This document shows, in pieces, positions 29,338 through 39,867 of a stretch of 64,000 bases of DNA. Under the pieces are notes generated by a model. It searched no databases and was not told where the DNA came from. It saw only the letters and a list, made by a program, of their open reading frames with translations. Within the stretch, counting starts at the first letter, position 1. Each line of letters begins with the position of its first letter. The DNA comes from Bdellovibrionales bacterium. Lineage in GTDB: Bacteria; Bdellovibrionota; Bdellovibrionia; Bdellovibrionales; CAYMLA01. A program made the translations under genes and the position numbers. The stretch lies in assembly GCA_965217115.1 (NCBI GenBank), contig OZ244239.1, positions 576,001 through 640,000 on the forward strand. Reading direction: 5' to 3'.

Positions 29338-30219
29338 TTATTTCTGCTCTGACTCCACATCTAAGCTAGATAACGGATGAAACTCATCAATCGTCTGTTT
29401 CATTTTCTCCGTTGTTACGCTCGTGTAGATTTGGGTGGTCTGAATATTAGCATGCCCCAAGAGCATCTGAATAGAACGGAGGTTAGCACCAGACTCCAAT
29501 AACGCCGTCGCACAGCCATGACGAAATTTATGGGGACTTATCGGTATAGATAAACCCGCCTCTTTCGACCAAGAAGAGAGCCATCGCCATATATCCGTGC
29601 GACTAGGCCGCTTACCCCGATCATTTAATAAAACAGCATCTGTCCCTGTTTTTAACAAATGGGGGCGGACCTCTTTAAGGTACGTAACAAACTCTTCCAT
29701 CAAGCCTTCAGTCAACGGCACTAAACGCTCTTTTTCTCCCTTACCAAGAACCTTTAACCACCCATCAGTATGGCTAAAAGAAGAGAGATTTAAATCAATC
29801 AACTCCGTCACGCGACAGCCCAATCCATAGAGTAAAAGCAATGTGATTTTATTACGAGCTGTTTTAAATATATCTTTGACCTCACAGGCCTCGTAGAGCT
29901 TTTTAAAATCATCCATTGTAATAGGCTTCGGTAGGGTGGCTTGAATACGGGGAGACTTTAAATCCCTTAATTCAGGCGTTTTTTTACCACGGCTCTCTAA
30001 AAATTTAAAATAAGTCCTCAAGCTACTAATAACCCTCGCCTGAGAGCGGCTCGACAACCCCTGTTCCCCCATGAATTGATAAAAACCAAGAATATCTTGG
30101 GGCTTCCCATACTTAACGAAAAGTCCCAAATCCCTTCGATAGGCCATGACTGTATTGCGAGAGCGTCCACGAACATTTTCTAAATCATCAAAAAAATCTG
30201 CCCATAAAATTAAGCCCAT
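29338..30219 (-). CDS. tyrosine recombinase, XerD/XerC-like
   Basis: NTVMAYRRDL, GCRVTEL, GKGEKER, HKFRH, LLGH, TTQIYT. Confidence 0.92.
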   Translation of the reverse strand: MGLILWADFFDDLENVRGRSRNTVMAYRRDLGLFVKYGKPQDILGFYQFMGEQGLSSRSQARVISSLRTYFKFLESRGKKTPELRDLKSPRIQATLPKPITMDDFKKLYEACEVKDIFKTARNKITLLLLYGLGCRVTELIDLNLSSFSHTDGWLKVLGKGEKERLVPLTEGLMEEFVTYLKEVRPHLLKTGTDAVLLNDRGKRPSRTDIWRWLSSWSKEAGLSIPISPHKFRHGCATALLESGANLRSIQMLLGHANIQTTQIYTSVTTEKMKQTIDEFHPLSSLDVESEQK

Positions 30220-30252
30220 GCAGAGAGCTTACCTAATACAACCCCCACTAGC

Positions 30253-30290
30253 AAAAAAAAAGTTCATCCACTAAAGTAGTAGATGAACTT
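30253..30290 (-). terminator. intrinsic terminator candidate
   Basis: AAGTTCAT...ATGAACTT stem preceded by a poly-A run (poly-U on minus). Confidence 0.7.
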
Positions 30291-30355
30291 ATATGAATTA
30301 GAAAGCACTCAGAGGGGGGGGGGATATCTAAGCGCTCTCTGACTTCCAAGGTTGT

Positions 30356-31048
30356 TTAGTAAGTCACTATCACTAATCCAGGATTACAGACTTGCCCATT
30401 GACCGTTTCCACCAAAAAGGGCGCGGCATTTATTCTGTATTCATAATCTAATTTTACGTTACCGTTAGAATCAATTCCGCTATAACTACCTGGTCCAAGA
30501 ATGTTCATGCTCATCCTGATACGAGCAGTGTTGTTACTAGAGCGTCCACGGGCTTCCATAACGATCGTGTTGTCTCCATGTTTTCCTGACCATTGACCCG
30601 CTTGAATTGTTTCAAGATCGTATTCACCTTGAGGTAGAAGACAAGTCTCAGGCGTCACATAATTAATAGAGAGGTAGCCACGTACGCCAAATGTTCCTAT
30701 GTTATTAGGCACGACTCCTATATGGTGATCTGCGATTTCCTGAGTTCCCATATTCTCGTATGAACCATTCTGTGCAATAAGACCCACAGACATCGTTCCA
30801 ATATCATTCCATCCGATAGCTACTTTTCCTGTAGCATCTGCGAAAAGACCTTTTGTATTTAAAGGCAGACATCCTGAAGATGTGCAACTTGATCCGTTTC
30901 CAGAACGTATTACGTTGCCACTATCATCCTTTTTAGAGCAGCCCACTGTGAATCCAGCTAAGGAGACAACTAGGCCAACTATAATAGATAGGTTCTGCCA
31001 TTTTCTTTTTTTGTACACAGATAAAAATTTCATTTTTACTCCCTCCAA
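30356..31048 (-). CDS. hypothetical lipoprotein
   Basis: hydrophobic segment then TVGC; likely start 31033. Confidence 0.8.
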   Translation of the reverse strand: MEGVKMKFLSVYKKRKWQNLSIIVGLVVSLAGFTVGCSKKDDSGNVIRSGNGSSCTSSGCLPLNTKGLFADATGKVAIGWNDIGTMSVGLIAQNGSYENMGTQEIADHHIGVVPNNIGTFGVRGYLSINYVTPETCLLPQGEYDLETIQAGQWSGKHGDNTIVMEARGRSSNNTARIRMSMNILGPGSYSGIDSNGNVKLDYEYRINAAPFLVETVNGQVCNPGLVIVTY

Positions 31049-31792
31049 TTAATTTAATTTAAATGCTTGGTTTAAGCTTAAGTTTCTAAATTCACCCAGG
31101 AGAGTGTATCCTCCCTCTGGAGTTATTCTATTTTCATCATCATAACCAGCCCCACAGCTGTAAGGACCTCTAGTGACAAACCAACATTTCGTCGGTGATG
31201 GCGGCGCATACACGTTCCCAAAGTTCTTGTAATAAATTCTTCCGTTCACATCATCGTCTGGACCCAAACCATCACCTAAATCAATGACATCATCAATAAT
31301 AACAATCACAGACCCGTACTCATCTTGAAACATCGCTCGAAACATAGTTTTACCGTCTAGAGTTAACCATTTATTGTACTTGTTCTCTTTTTGCCCATCA
31401 TATTTATTATATCTAACGTCAATTATTTCAGATCCAGTGCTTTGAGAACTCTGATGAAAAACCCCATCATCATAATAAGAGATACTTACATTTCCTTTAT
31501 AGAGATCACTCTCTTCATCCCTCTCAAGACTTAAGCGAATTTTATACTCGCCAGGATTGTTAAGTGGTCGCTCATAGACATAGTCTTCCATCGTACGTGC
31601 TTTCTCATGATCTGTTGAACCTGCAGGAAAGAAGTTCGCGACCCCACCCGACAGACCATCATCAAATTGACCTGTTGGTGCTCCAGGAACTGTTCCATAG
31701 GCTGGGGAATTGTCACCAACATCAACCTGCTTCTTAGCACAGCCTCCAAGCCATAATGACAGAACACTTAGTATAATAATTAACGCCCTCAT
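31049..31792 (-). CDS. hypothetical acidic lipoprotein
   Basis: GGAG RBS, lipobox LGGC. Confidence 0.85.
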   Translation of the reverse strand: MRALIIILSVLSLWLGGCAKKQVDVGDNSPAYGTVPGAPTGQFDDGLSGGVANFFPAGSTDHEKARTMEDYVYERPLNNPGEYKIRLSLERDEESDLYKGNVSISYYDDGVFHQSSQSTGSEIIDVRYNKYDGQKENKYNKWLTLDGKTMFRAMFQDEYGSVIVIIDDVIDLGDGLGPDDDVNGRIYYKNFGNVYAPPSPTKCWFVTRGPYSCGAGYDDENRITPEGGYTLLGEFRNLSLNQAFKLN

Positions 31793-31845
31793 GATCTCCT
31801 CCTAATATCCACCCCCTCAATAAGGAGGTTTCTTGTCTTAAGCTA

Positions 31846-31862
31846 TTGCCAAGCGTGTGCCT
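31846..31862 (-). promoter_or_regulatory. sigma54 -24/-12 promoter candidate
   Basis: AGGCACACGCTTGGCAA (GG-N10-GC) on minus strand. Confidence 0.5.
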
Positions 31863-32091
31863 ATTTTCTTTTCACTGTGTAACTATTTGACTTTACTTGT
31901 TAAAGTAAAAAACTGTCTGATTTTGAGACAGAAAAATCCTGTCTAAAAAATGATTGTAAACCAAAAAATGTCACTTTTAGGGGGGGGGTTTTTGAACAAA
32001 TGGCTGTGGAATCTAGTGTCTATATTATGTGATATCAATATAATGGGAGCTGAAAACCCCATAGGATTGCACGCAGAACCCTTCTACGCTA

Positions 32092-32652
32092 TCATCTTCT
32101 CCCAGCCAGGTAATCAATGGCTTCTTGACTCGATTCGCACACATGGAATATTTTTTTTGCCCTTTCATCTATCATCGCGTGGGCTAAGAAATCATCCATT
32201 AACTTGAGCAATGAATTCCAAAAACCTCTGTAATTGATTAAGACGATGGGTTTATCTATAAAATTGAGCTGTTTCCACGTTAGAACCTCAAGCAATTCAT
32301 CTAAAGTCCCATAGCCACCAGCAAAAATGATAAAAGCATCGGAATATTCAATCATTTTTCTCTTTCGTTCATCCAAAGTCTCCACCACGACTAAATCCTT
32401 TAGATTTGGATGCTCAATTTCCCGTATGGCCGCTAAATTTCGTGGAATAATCCCTTTTATTTCTTCACTCAATTCTAAAAAACCATCAGCCACAGACCCC
32501 ATTAATCCTGCAGAACTTCCACCATAACAGAGCTTAAACCCTTCCTGTGCAATACTGTAACCTAGCACCCTCGCCGCTTCATGGAAATGCAGCTCTAGAT
32601 GGTAGCTAGCGCTGCAAAACACACAGATTGAAGAGCCTCTCTTTAATTCCAT
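32092..32652 (-). CDS. LOG family nucleotide phosphoribohydrolase
   Basis: ICVFCSAS, YGG..GLMG, ERKRKM, GGYGTLDEL. Confidence 0.92.
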   Translation of the reverse strand: MELKRGSSICVFCSASYHLELHFHEAARVLGYSIAQEGFKLCYGGSSAGLMGSVADGFLELSEEIKGIIPRNLAAIREIEHPNLKDLVVVETLDERKRKMIEYSDAFIIFAGGYGTLDELLEVLTWKQLNFIDKPIVLINYRGFWNSLLKLMDDFLAHAMIDERAKKIFHVCESSQEAIDYLAGRR

Positions 32653-32929
32653 TCTAAAAACTCACAATGATAAATACATATTCCATCATCTCTCTCTCCC
32701 ATTTCATCCTTGTTGGAGATACTACAAAAAATATTCTCATAAATAAAGATCTAAGTGACTTACCGCTATTACAGGGATTATCATATAATTAATTCAAAGC
32801 TAAAAGATTTGTAACTATTCAGTTTTTTTTCCCACAAAAAAGGACTATGACCAGAAGACGAGCGTTGTGCAATACGTATCTGCAAAGTGGAATAGCTTAT
32901 CTTGAAACACACTGATATGAGGTACATCT

Positions 32930-33388
32930 ATGGCAAAAAAATACTGGCTTATGAAATCAGAACCTAATGTCTATTCTATCGATCACCTCAAAAAAGAAAA
33001 AAAATGTCTTTGGGATGGTATTAGAAACTACCAAGCGCGAAACTTCATGGTGAAAGAGATGAGTGTTGATGATGAAGTTCTCTTTTATCACTCAAATGCC
33101 AAACCTCCAGGTATCGTTGGTTTAGCAAAAATATCAGCACCTGCACAAATCGACCCCACTGCTTTTGATAAAAAGTCCAAATACCATGATGAGAAATCCT
33201 CCCCCGACAAGCCAAGGTGGTTTTGTGTTGAAGTGAAATTCTCAAAAAAATTTCCACGCCTCATTAGCCTCGAAGAACTCAAAAACTACAGAGAACTCAA
33301 GGATATGCTGGTCATTAGAAGAGGAATGCGATTATCTATTCAACCCGTGACTGAAAAAGAATTTCAATTTATCTCCACACTCTCTTAA
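32930..33388 (+). CDS. EVE domain protein
   Basis: YWLMKSEP, WDGIRNYQARNF, FYHSN, RLSIQPV. Confidence 0.95.
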   Translation: MAKKYWLMKSEPNVYSIDHLKKEKKCLWDGIRNYQARNFMVKEMSVDDEVLFYHSNAKPPGIVGLAKISAPAQIDPTAFDKKSKYHDEKSSPDKPRWFCVEVKFSKKFPRLISLEELKNYRELKDMLVIRRGMRLSIQPVTEKEFQFISTLS

Positions 33389-33397
33389 TTCAGATTT

Positions 33398-34051
33398 TTA
33401 AAACGCGCTAAATGGCTTCAAAATTGCCACACGCTCATGGGGGAACTCACAATGGTAGGAAAACCTCTCTCCTATCCACTGAAATGTTTTCTGACTATAA
33501 AAACTCACATGGGTTTCATCTCGCCAATAATGCCAACCTGAAAAATCAGACACCTCATCATGTCTGTTAGTCATGATCACGACGGGGGCAGATAATCCGA
33601 TGACAGATAATATCTTCCTCCACTCTTGATTCACATCGTGAAAATGCTCCACAACTTCTGTAGATACTAAAAAATCGTATTTCTTTTCCTTTAAATCAGG
33701 AAAAAACGCGGGATCATAGGTATCCACCTGAATTCCATTCTCTGACAAAATCTCTGCCAATGCTGGGTAGGGACCACAACCATAATCTAAGCCAATCCAT
33801 CCCGATTGATAGAGGTCTCTTATGCCCTCCACACTCGGCTGTAAAAAAGCACGATAGCCCTCATCCAAATTGCTGTTTTCATGCTGCGCATAACGCCTCC
33901 TCTCCTCCGATCTATCAAGCAAGTCCTTGCGGTTCGCAAAAACAAGATCACAAACCCCACAGCGATAAAACACCCTCCGAGACTTGGTGTGTTGAAAATA
34001 CAATTTACCACCCTCTTCATGGCAAAGAGGACATTCTTTATTCCTTTTCAT
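33398..34051 (-). CDS. class I SAM-dependent methyltransferase with N-terminal Zn-ribbon
   Basis: CPLC...CGVC; LDYGCGP; EVVEHF; DETHVSFY. Confidence 0.88.
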   Translation of the reverse strand: MKRNKECPLCHEEGGKLYFQHTKSRRVFYRCGVCDLVFANRKDLLDRSEERRRYAQHENSNLDEGYRAFLQPSVEGIRDLYQSGWIGLDYGCGPYPALAEILSENGIQVDTYDPAFFPDLKEKKYDFLVSTEVVEHFHDVNQEWRKILSVIGLSAPVVIMTNRHDEVSDFSGWHYWRDETHVSFYSQKTFQWIGERFSYHCEFPHERVAILKPFSAF

Positions 34052-34120
34052 ACTGACGTGATGTTATACTATTTTCCATAAAACAACCCGGAAATAATTC
34101 CTCAAGGAACGATAAAGACA

Positions 34121-35947
34121 ATGGAAAAAAATCACACAGGTCTAAATTGGCTCATCGGTGCTGGTATTGTTGGAGCAGATATCGGAACATCCATTTTTTA
34201 CTCTACAGGGTTACTTTACCCTATTGTTGGCTACCTCGCTCCACTGTGCATTATCTTTGTTTGCATAATGATGTGGGCCTTAAAGGCCACCTATGAGGAA
34301 GGGCTCGCATTGAGCCCTTATAACGGTGGAGCCTACTCCATGATTCTCAGAACCATCGGAAGGCGGGGAGCCGTTGTTGCTGGAGCACTGACCTTTATCA
34401 CTTATTTAGCGACAGCTGCTGTCAGTGCATTGTCTGGCGCTTTTTATATGTCCTCCCTCTTTAATATGAGCGCTTCCCAGGTTGTTCTTTACTCATTTAT
34501 TCCTATTATCCTCTTTGGACTGCTCAACTCAAGGGGCATTAAGGAACCTGCCAAGTTAGTCACAGGGGTGGCCATCTTTCACTTTGCCCTTCTCATCTTT
34601 ATATCCCTATGGGGACTCAGCTACATTGCCACCCACGATATTGATTGGGAAAAGATGAGCCAAATCACTCCATCGGGGGAATTAAGTGTCGCCATGATAT
34701 TCCATGGTATCGCAGCCGCTTTTCTTGGTATCTCTGGGTTTGAATCGGCAGCACAGATTGTCGAGGAACTCGAAGCCCCGATTAATAAAACAGTTCGTTC
34801 TCTCTACAAAGCCGTTGTTATTCTCGTTTCCATCACAGCCCCTGTTATTTCATTTCTATGTTTAGCCATTCTCTCTGAATCAGAAATCAATGGCAATCTG
34901 CAATCTCTCCTATCAGCTTTTGCCAACAAAATTGGCGGTTCAATCCTTGCCACCATTATCGTTATTGATGCCACCTTAACTCTCTTTGCTGCCGTCAATA
35001 CTGCCTTTGTCGGCTTCATCGGCTTAGCAACAACCATGGCTAAACAAGGGAATTTACCACAAACTCTACTTACACGACTGGCCCACAAATTCCCATCCAT
35101 CCAAGGATATCCATTTATTGCTATCCCTTTTATGCTTATTGCTATGACAATGTCAGCCCTTGTCATGGGAGAGGTCGACATTATTGCCAAAGTTTATGAG
35201 ATGGCTTTTCTTGGAGTCATGGTCAGCTTTTGCCTAGGTGTTGTTCTCATGCGAAATAGACCTCTGCGCAGAGATACCCCCAAGCAGTATCTTTCAACAA
35301 CTGTTATTAAAACCAAAAACCATGTTTATCCTCTCATACCCTTAATCTCAGGTATCATACTCGCTATTGCTAACTTGATGCTTATTCTTCATTCGCCAAG
35401 TCGCGCTACAAATATGCTCATTGAATTCATTTCCATCGTTATCCTTATTATGGCCTACTACCGATGGGGAACTTTAGAGAAGAGATTAGAAAATCGTTCC
35501 GATTTGCGCCTAGGTTTGGGGAAGTTTTCCACCCAAATAGATCTTCCTGACAATTTACCAAAGTTTGTTCTCTGCACGGGTGGCTCTGGAGCTAGATCAT
35601 TAATTAATGCTGGTATCCGATATTCCATGGATAAAATGAAAGGCCTGCCTTTTGAACTTATTATTTTTCACGCTGAACCTGAAAGAGATAAAAATGGTTT
35701 CACTGCTGAATTATTACAACGAGTCGCCTCCCAACAAATTGCCCCCATCTATCATCAAGATTTCATCCTAAGTGTTAAAGTTTTACCTGGAGATTTTCTC
35801 GAAGGCCTTATTCTTCTTAAAGAAAAAACTCATTTTGACACTTTACTCATTGGCGCAGGACGCAGCTACGAAGGCGCAAAAAGCTTTACTGAAGACCTAA
35901 AAAAAGAGCTTGAGATTGACGTTCATAATCTTGGAATTAGAGGGTAG
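34121..35947 (+). CDS. APC-superfamily permease with soluble C-terminal domain
   Basis: about 12 TM segments; NGGAY, SGFES; GADIGTSIFY. Confidence 0.85.
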   Translation: MEKNHTGLNWLIGAGIVGADIGTSIFYSTGLLYPIVGYLAPLCIIFVCIMMWALKATYEEGLALSPYNGGAYSMILRTIGRRGAVVAGALTFITYLATAAVSALSGAFYMSSLFNMSASQVVLYSFIPIILFGLLNSRGIKEPAKLVTGVAIFHFALLIFISLWGLSYIATHDIDWEKMSQITPSGELSVAMIFHGIAAAFLGISGFESAAQIVEELEAPINKTVRSLYKAVVILVSITAPVISFLCLAILSESEINGNLQSLLSAFANKIGGSILATIIVIDATLTLFAAVNTAFVGFIGLATTMAKQGNLPQTLLTRLAHKFPSIQGYPFIAIPFMLIAMTMSALVMGEVDIIAKVYEMAFLGVMVSFCLGVVLMRNRPLRRDTPKQYLSTTVIKTKNHVYPLIPLISGIILAIANLMLILHSPSRATNMLIEFISIVILIMAYYRWGTLEKRLENRSDLRLGLGKFSTQIDLPDNLPKFVLCTGGSGARSLINAGIRYSMDKMKGLPFELIIFHAEPERDKNGFTAELLQRVASQQIAPIYHQDFILSVKVLPGDFLEGLILLKEKTHFDTLLIGAGRSYEGAKSFTEDLKKELEIDVHNLGIRG

Positions 35948-35955
35948 CTTTCTAT

Positions 35956-37125
35956 ATGCGAGAGAAAAACCAAACACCTCAATTTAACTCCTACTCTCCC
36001 AACCTCAAAATTGGTTTTCTTGGCGGCGGGCAACTTGCCAGAATGCTCTGTCTTGAGGCCCATAGCCTTGGTCTTGAAAGTCACGTTCTAAGCTCTAACT
36101 CCAGTGACCCTGCTGCCCAGGTCTGTAACCAATGGCACAAAGGAGAAATTAATAGTGTTCAGAGTTTAAAGAGCTTCTTTAAATCCGTTTCCCTTGTTAC
36201 GTTTGAAAGTGAATTCATTGATCCCCATATTATCCAAAAAGCTCTCGATAACATCCAAAAACCTCTCATCTATCCAACACTCGACACCATGGCTCTCTGC
36301 CAAGATCGGCTCCCGCAGAAAGAACTCTTCCAAAAACATTCTCTTGCAACTTCCCCTTTTATGTCCGTTGACACAAAAGAAGATCTTGAACTAGCTGTCT
36401 CAAAATTAAAATTTCCCCTTGTTTTAAAAAAACGTTACGGAGGTTATGACGGCTATGGAACCTTTATCTTAAAAAACCAGTCTGACATTAAAAAATTTCA
36501 ACCACTTATAAAGAAAGAGCCTCGAGGCTTTATTGCTGAACAGTTTATTTCCTTTAAAAAAGAAGTGGCTCTTGTCGTTGCACGCAATAAGCAAGGTCAG
36601 TGTGTTAAATTCCCCTGGGTTGAAACACATCAGGAGAACTCTCGATGTCTCTGGGTCAAGGGACCCATCTCACCTGTAGGATACCGGAAAATAGAATCCC
36701 GTATCAATAAAATATTATCTCAATTGAATTATGTAGGCGTTATGGGCCTTGAATTTTTTATTGATAAAAAAAACGACCTTATCATCAATGAGATTGCTCC
36801 AAGGGTACATAACTCCGCACATTATTCTCAAAACGCAATGGATGTAAATCAATTTCAACTGCATCTAAAGGCGGTACTTGGTTTTAAACTTTCTACCCCT
36901 GTTTTGCAAACGCCAGGGTTTGCTATGTTAAATCTTATCGGTACAGAAAAAAATAAAAAAAAGAAGCTCCCACAATGGGACCTTCCTCCTAATATACATC
37001 CTCATTGGTACCGCAAAGATCAAAATCGACCAAATCGTAAAATGGGGCATTTAAATGCTCTAGGAAAAACCCCACAAAGAGCTTTAAATTATTTACTCAA
37101 ACATAAAAAGGAATTTGATTTATGA
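35956..37125 (+). CDS. purK: N5-CAIR synthetase
   Basis: [29 protein letters not shown]. Confidence 0.95.
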   Translation: MREKNQTPQFNSYSPNLKIGFLGGGQLARMLCLEAHSLGLESHVLSSNSSDPAAQVCNQWHKGEINSVQSLKSFFKSVSLVTFESEFIDPHIIQKALDNIQKPLIYPTLDTMALCQDRLPQKELFQKHSLATSPFMSVDTKEDLELAVSKLKFPLVLKKRYGGYDGYGTFILKNQSDIKKFQPLIKKEPRGFIAEQFISFKKEVALVVARNKQGQCVKFPWVETHQENSRCLWVKGPISPVGYRKIESRINKILSQLNYVGVMGLEFFIDKKNDLIINEIAPRVHNSAHYSQNAMDVNQFQLHLKAVLGFKLSTPVLQTPGFAMLNLIGTEKNKKKKLPQWDLPPNIHPHWYRKDQNRPNRKMGHLNALGKTPQRALNYLLKHKKEFDL

Positions 37126-37622
37126 AAATCACAAACAAAACTCCCCATGTCGCCATTATTATGGGCAGTGACTCTGATCTTCCCGTAATGTCCTCAGCTA
37201 AGGATGTTTTAGATTCTTTCTCTATTTACTATGAAGTCAAAATTGTCTCTGCCCACAGGACTCCAAAGGCAATGATAAAATATGCTGAACAGGCAGCTAA
37301 AAGAGGAGTTAAAATCATTATTGCTGGAGCTGGTGGAGCGGCACATCTGCCAGGCATGGTGGCTTCATTAACAACTCTGCCTGTTATAGGAGTTCCAATA
37401 CAAGTTGGCAAACTAGAAGGGCTTGATGCTTTATTGTCCATCGCACAAATGCCAAAAGGCATTCCTGTTGCGACAATGGCTGTAGATAATTCCTACAATG
37501 CAGGACTTTTGGCTATAAGAATTCTAGCTCTTAACAGTAAAAGGTTACAAGCTAAGATCATCGACTTTAATCAATCACAAAAAAACAAAGTCACTCTAGC
37601 AAATAAGAGCCTTAAAAAGTAA
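37122..37622 (+). CDS. purE: N5-CAIR mutase
   Basis: [24 protein letters not shown]. Confidence 0.97.
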   Translation: MKITNKTPHVAIIMGSDSDLPVMSSAKDVLDSFSIYYEVKIVSAHRTPKAMIKYAEQAAKRGVKIIIAGAGGAAHLPGMVASLTTLPVIGVPIQVGKLEGLDALLSIAQMPKGIPVATMAVDNSYNAGLLAIRILALNSKRLQAKIIDFNQSQKNKVTLANKSLKK

Positions 37623-37652
37623 TCCTTCCCGAAAATACCACAACTTATTACT

Positions 37653-37679
37653 CAAATAGCCCCTTCAAATACCCGATAA
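37653..37679 (+). promoter_or_regulatory. sigma28 (FliA)-like promoter candidate
   Basis: CAAA-N15-CCCGATAA upstream of the response regulator. Confidence 0.55.
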
Positions 37680-37755
37680 GTCTCATAACAGAACACAGGG
37701 GTTTGAGTGTGCTTAAGGGTTTCATCATTAATCATTTTATCAAGGCGAGGTCTCT

Positions 37756-38139
37756 ATGAAAAAGGGGCTTAAGGTTCTTCTCGCCGAAGATGACCAGAAT
37801 ATTTTTGAAATTCTCTCCCTCTCTCTAAATCATATAGGAGGACACAGTGTTAGCAAGGCCAGTAACGGCGAACAAGCATTATCAATGGCTCTCAGTGAAA
37901 ATTTTGACCTTCTCCTCCTAGATGGAATGATGCCAAAAAAAGATGGCGTCACTGTCTGTCGCGAGTACATTGCACAAAAGAAAAATCCTGCTCCTGTTAT
38001 TTTTCTCAGTGCTAGATCCTCTCAGCAAGATATCCAATTAGGACTAGAGTCTGGGGCTATTGGTTACATTGCCAAGCCCTTTGACCCCACAACCATTTGT
38101 CAGGATATCTCCAACATCCTCTCCAAGCCACGGTTGTAG
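37756..38139 (+). CDS. single-domain response regulator
   Basis: LLAEDD, LLDGMMP, FLSA, KPF. Confidence 0.93.
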   Translation: MKKGLKVLLAEDDQNIFEILSLSLNHIGGHSVSKASNGEQALSMALSENFDLLLLDGMMPKKDGVTVCREYIAQKKNPAPVIFLSARSSQQDIQLGLESGAIGYIAKPFDPTTICQDISNILSKPRL

Positions 38140-38141
38140 CC

Positions 38142-39494
38142 ATGAAGTATCAACCTATTCGCCGAAAAATATCCTTTATCGCTTTTATCTTCTCTAGTAT
38201 TATGTTGGGCTTTGGTTTTCTCTCTCTTCAAGTACTCAAAGGTAACCAATATTTACGTCAATCACTGCTCTATAGCTACTCATTAGAAGCACACGTCAAA
38301 GCAGCTCAACACTATAAGTACAGCAAAAAACAATATGCAACCCTACAAAATATTCGTAAAAATCTCATCGATAATACCAGAATTGGTCTTCTTAGTGACG
38401 TTGTTCAATCTTTTTCTGCCGAGGACAAATCTCAACTACAGAAACGCATTCGAAAATTCTCTCAATATGAAACTCGTTACCGTCATCAACTAAGTGTTAA
38501 ACTATCAGGTAGTGAAAAACATCTAGAGGAAATTATTGTAAGTCTTATTACTTTCTTTACATTGATGATTGCTCTTCTTCCTATTTTTCTATCAAGGCAA
38601 GTTTTCTCTCCTATGAAAAAATTAGCACAGAGAATGTCTGATTTTATCTATAGTAAATACACTTATCAAATGACTCCGCCTGACAGAACAGAAATTGGTC
38701 AGCTCCATGCAACTTTTAATTCTCTAGCCGAACGAGTCGTTAATAACGTGAACAAACTCAAAGCCCTTGATGAAGCCAAAACAGATTTTCTTAACATTGC
38801 CAGCCATGAACTACGCACGCCTATGACCTCTATCAAAGGGTCCTTAAGCCTGTTGTCTAAAGGAATCGTTGGACAATTAGACAGTAAGGCTCAAAATTTA
38901 ATTAATATCGCTGAAGGTGAATCCGATCGTCTTATTCGCTTGATCAATGACATTCTTGATCTTGCAAAGTTGGAAGCGAATCAATCATCTATAAAACCTG
39001 AATGGGTGAATACCCATTCTTTCGTAGATAGAACAATCAAAGGACTTACAGGACTCTCCCAACAAGCCTCTGTTGATGTTATTATCAACGATCAATTTTC
39101 TAAAAACATAGAAGCCTATGTAGATGAAGATCGTGTCATTCAAGTTCTCACAAACTTTCTATCTAATGCAATTAAGTATACGGAAAAAGGATGCACTGTG
39201 AGGGTTCATTGCCATATAGTGGATCAATCCCTACGCATTGATGTCGTCGATGAAGGACCTGGAATCGCCTTTGAAGACCAAGAAAAAGTATTTGATAAAT
39301 TTCGTCAAATCTCTGGTCCAAATAACCCATTGGTAAAAGGAACTGGTCTTGGATTAGCCATCGCTAAAGCCATTGTAGAAGATCACAATGGAACCCTTGG
39401 ACTTCACTCTTCACCAGGAAGAGGAAGCACGTTTTATTTCACTATTCCAAAATGGCGTAAACAATTACAAACAACTAAGAAGACAGCCGCATGA
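38142..39494 (+). CDS. HAMP-domain sensor histidine kinase
   Basis: 2 TMs, HAMP, ASHELRTP, NFLSNAIKY, DEGPG, GTGLGL. Confidence 0.95.
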   Translation: MKYQPIRRKISFIAFIFSSIMLGFGFLSLQVLKGNQYLRQSLLYSYSLEAHVKAAQHYKYSKKQYATLQNIRKNLIDNTRIGLLSDVVQSFSAEDKSQLQKRIRKFSQYETRYRHQLSVKLSGSEKHLEEIIVSLITFFTLMIALLPIFLSRQVFSPMKKLAQRMSDFIYSKYTYQMTPPDRTEIGQLHATFNSLAERVVNNVNKLKALDEAKTDFLNIASHELRTPMTSIKGSLSLLSKGIVGQLDSKAQNLINIAEGESDRLIRLINDILDLAKLEANQSSIKPEWVNTHSFVDRTIKGLTGLSQQASVDVIINDQFSKNIEAYVDEDRVIQVLTNFLSNAIKYTEKGCTVRVHCHIVDQSLRIDVVDEGPGIAFEDQEKVFDKFRQISGPNNPLVKGTGLGLAIAKAIVEDHNGTLGLHSSPGRGSTFYFTIPKWRKQLQTTKKTAA

Positions 39495-39850
39495 ATTCAA
39501 GTCATCCCATGAAACAACTACAAGAAGACTACCTTAAATCTCTCCCTGAAAAAATAGTTCAACTTCAACACGCAAAAATGAATAAAGACTGGGAAGTTCT
39601 CCAAAATGACTTTCACAAGTTAAAGGGCTCTGGAAAAACATACGGCTTTCCACAAATTACAGATATTGCCCAGATTGTCGAACAAATACTTGAATTAGAA
39701 AAAAACCCCGATAAGCTTTCAGTGATTTCTCAAAAAGGCATAGAACTCTTAGACAAGATTGCTAAGAATGATGTCGGTTTTGACCTTGTATCCGATGTTG
39801 AGTTTCAAGAATTACTTAAGTTTTATGAAGAACTTTCATCAAATAAATAA
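39491..39850 (+). CDS. Hpt domain protein
   Basis: FHKLKGSGKTYGF. Confidence 0.9.
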   Translation: MNSSHPMKQLQEDYLKSLPEKIVQLQHAKMNKDWEVLQNDFHKLKGSGKTYGFPQITDIAQIVEQILELEKNPDKLSVISQKGIELLDKIAKNDVGFDLVSDVEFQELLKFYEELSSNK

Positions 39851-39867
39851 AAAACCACCACCGACGA

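Noticed and set aside
29338..30219. Tyrosine recombinase as the island integrase
   Set aside because: Size, motifs and housekeeping context fit chromosomal XerC/D; not adjacent to either variable region
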